The translations under genes and the position numbers were made by a program. A stretch of 16,897 nt of DNA from Gemmatimonadaceae bacterium (GTDB taxonomy: Bacteria; Gemmatimonadota; Gemmatimonadetes; Gemmatimonadales; Gemmatimonadaceae), in assembly GCA_040902005.1 (NCBI GenBank), contig JBBDYA010000104.1, positions 1-16,897 of the forward strand, written 5' to 3'. Below the pieces are notes generated by a model, which was given only the letters and a program-made list of their open reading frames with translations, was not told the origin of the DNA and ran no database searches. Shown piece by piece: positions 15,489 to 16,897 of the stretch. The first letter of the stretch is position 1, and every line of letters starts with the position of its first letter.

Positions 15489-16897
15489 TCAGCCGAGCAC
15501 GATGCGCACGTGGTGCTCCGCCCCGTCGTCGCGCAGTGGAACCTCCGCGCCAGATGTCAGGTCCGGCGCTCCGGTCACCGCCACGCCGTCGAGCTCTGCC
15601 TTCGCGATGCCGCGACTCGTGCCGACCGGGTTCTCGACCTCGATGACGTAGCGCGAGGACCGGTGGCTGTACGTGATGCTGAAGCCGCTCCAGGTTTTCG
15701 GAATGCAGGGGTCGATCAGCACGTGGTCGCCGCGCAGACGGAAGCCGAGCATGGCCTCCAGACCCGCCCGGTACAGCCAGCCGGCCGAGCCGGTGTACCA
15801 CGTCCAGCCCCCTCGGCCGGCCAGCGGTGCAACCGAATAGACGTCGGCACACGAGACGTAGGGCTCGACCTTGTAGCGCTCGATCGCCGCGGCGCTGTCG
15901 GCATGGCGGATCGGATTGAAGATGTCGAACAGCTCACCGGCCTTGTCGCCGTCGCCGAGCCTGGCCCAGGCAAAGGCGGACCAGACCGAGCCGTGGGTGT
16001 ACTGCCCGCCGTTCTCGCGGATCCCCGGCGGGTAGCCCTTGATGTAGCCCGGATCCTGCTCCGCGCGATCGAATGGAGGCGTGAACAACATCGCCACGCG
16101 CGTGTCCCGATCGACCAGGTGTGCGTCCACCGCCACCATCGCCTGCGCCGCGCGCACCGGATCGGCGGCGGCGGCGATCACGCTCCACGATTGCGCGATC
16201 GCGTCGATCTTGCACTCGTCGCTGCTGGCCGAGCCCAGGGGGGTGCCATCGTCGTAGTAACCACGACGATACCACGCGCCATCCCAGCCATCGCGCTCGA
16301 CCGCGGCGCAAACCGACGCGGCGACCTTCTTCCAGCTCTGCGCGCGGTCGTGGTCGCCCCGTGCTTCCGCGATCGGGATGAAGCGGGCGATGGTATCGAG
16401 GAGGAACCATGCCATCCACACGCTCTCACCACGCCCCTCCCTGCCGACGCGATTCATCCCGTCGTTCCAGTCGCCAGTGCCGAAGAGCGGCAGGCCGTGC
16501 GGCCCAAGCGACAGGCTGGCATCGAGGGCGCGTGCGCAGTGCTCGTAGAGGCTCCCGTCCTGCGCCGAGACCGTCGGCAGGAAGAACGCTTCGTGCTCCT
16601 TGGCCCCGAGCGTCGGGCCGTCGAGGAACGGGATAATCTCGTCCAGCACGGCGACCTCGCCGGTGACCTCGACGTAATGCATCGTGACGTAGGGCAGCCA
16701 GATCCGGTCATCGGTGATCCGGGTACGCACGCCCTGCCCACCCGGAGGCAGCCACCAGTGCTGGACGTCGCCTGCGACGAACTGCCTCGCGGCCGAGCGC
16801 AGCAGGTGCTCCCGCACGAGATCGGGTCGCGCGACGCAAAGGGACAGCCCGTCCTGCAACTGATCGCGAAAGCCATAGGCGCCGCTGGACTGGTAGT
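15489..16897 (-). CDS. GH94 glycoside phosphorylase domain, 3' part of a cyclic beta-1,2-glucan synthase (NdvB/Cgs-type) or related phosphorylase; 5'-truncated by the window edge
   Basis: The frame stays open to the window end ([15 protein letters not shown]). Motifs [48 protein letters not shown] and [12 protein letters not shown]. Confidence 0.92.
   Translation of the reverse strand, partial: YQSSGAYGFRDQLQDGLSLCVARPDLVREHLLRSAARQFVAGDVQHWWLPPGGQGVRTRITDDRIWLPYVTMHYVEVTGEVAVLDEIIPFLDGPTLGAKEHEAFFLPTVSAQDGSLYEHCARALDASLSLGPHGLPLFGTGDWNDGMNRVGREGRGESVWMAWFLLDTIARFIPIAEARGDHDRAQSWKKVAASVCAAVERDGWDGAWYRRGYYDDGTPLGSASSDECKIDAIAQSWSVIAAAADPVRAAQAMVAVDAHLVDRDTRVAMLFTPPFDRAEQDPGYIKGYPPGIRENGGQYTHGSVWSAFAWARLGDGDKAGELFDIFNPIRHADSAAAIERYKVEPYVSCADVYSVAPLAGRGGWTWYTGSAGWLYRAGLEAMLGFRLRGDHVLIDPCIPKTWSGFSITYSHRSSRYVIEVENPVGTSRGIAKAELDGVAVTGAPDLTSGAEVPLRDDGAEHHVRIVLG

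Overview
GC-rich (roughly 70% by eye) bacterial window, possibly Gemmatimonadota (inferred from protein style, not proven). From left to right it holds a minus-strand outer-membrane beta-barrel gene and a YHS-domain protein, then a compact redox/transport cluster. That cluster has a YnjF-like CDP-alcohol phosphotransferase, a TonB-dependent receptor, a sodium:solute symporter, a MerA/Lpd-like flavoprotein disulfide reductase without the C-terminal CC, a VTT(TVP38/DedA)-DUF547 fusion, and a hidden PrdB/GrdB-like selenoprotein. The ORF track splits the selenoprotein into two ORFs at an in-frame TGA (UxxC motif), which is followed by a SECIS-like hairpin. A complete co-directional merR-merT-merP-merA operon with a clear MerR operator/promoter converges on this cluster. 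After it come two gene remnants (ccdA-like and TPR-like) and the 3' end of a GH94 cyclic beta-1,2-glucan synthase-type gene. The most interesting signals are the recoded selenoprotein, the uncharacterised uptake/reduction/lipid-transfer system around it, and a long hairpin that sequesters the YHS gene RBS.
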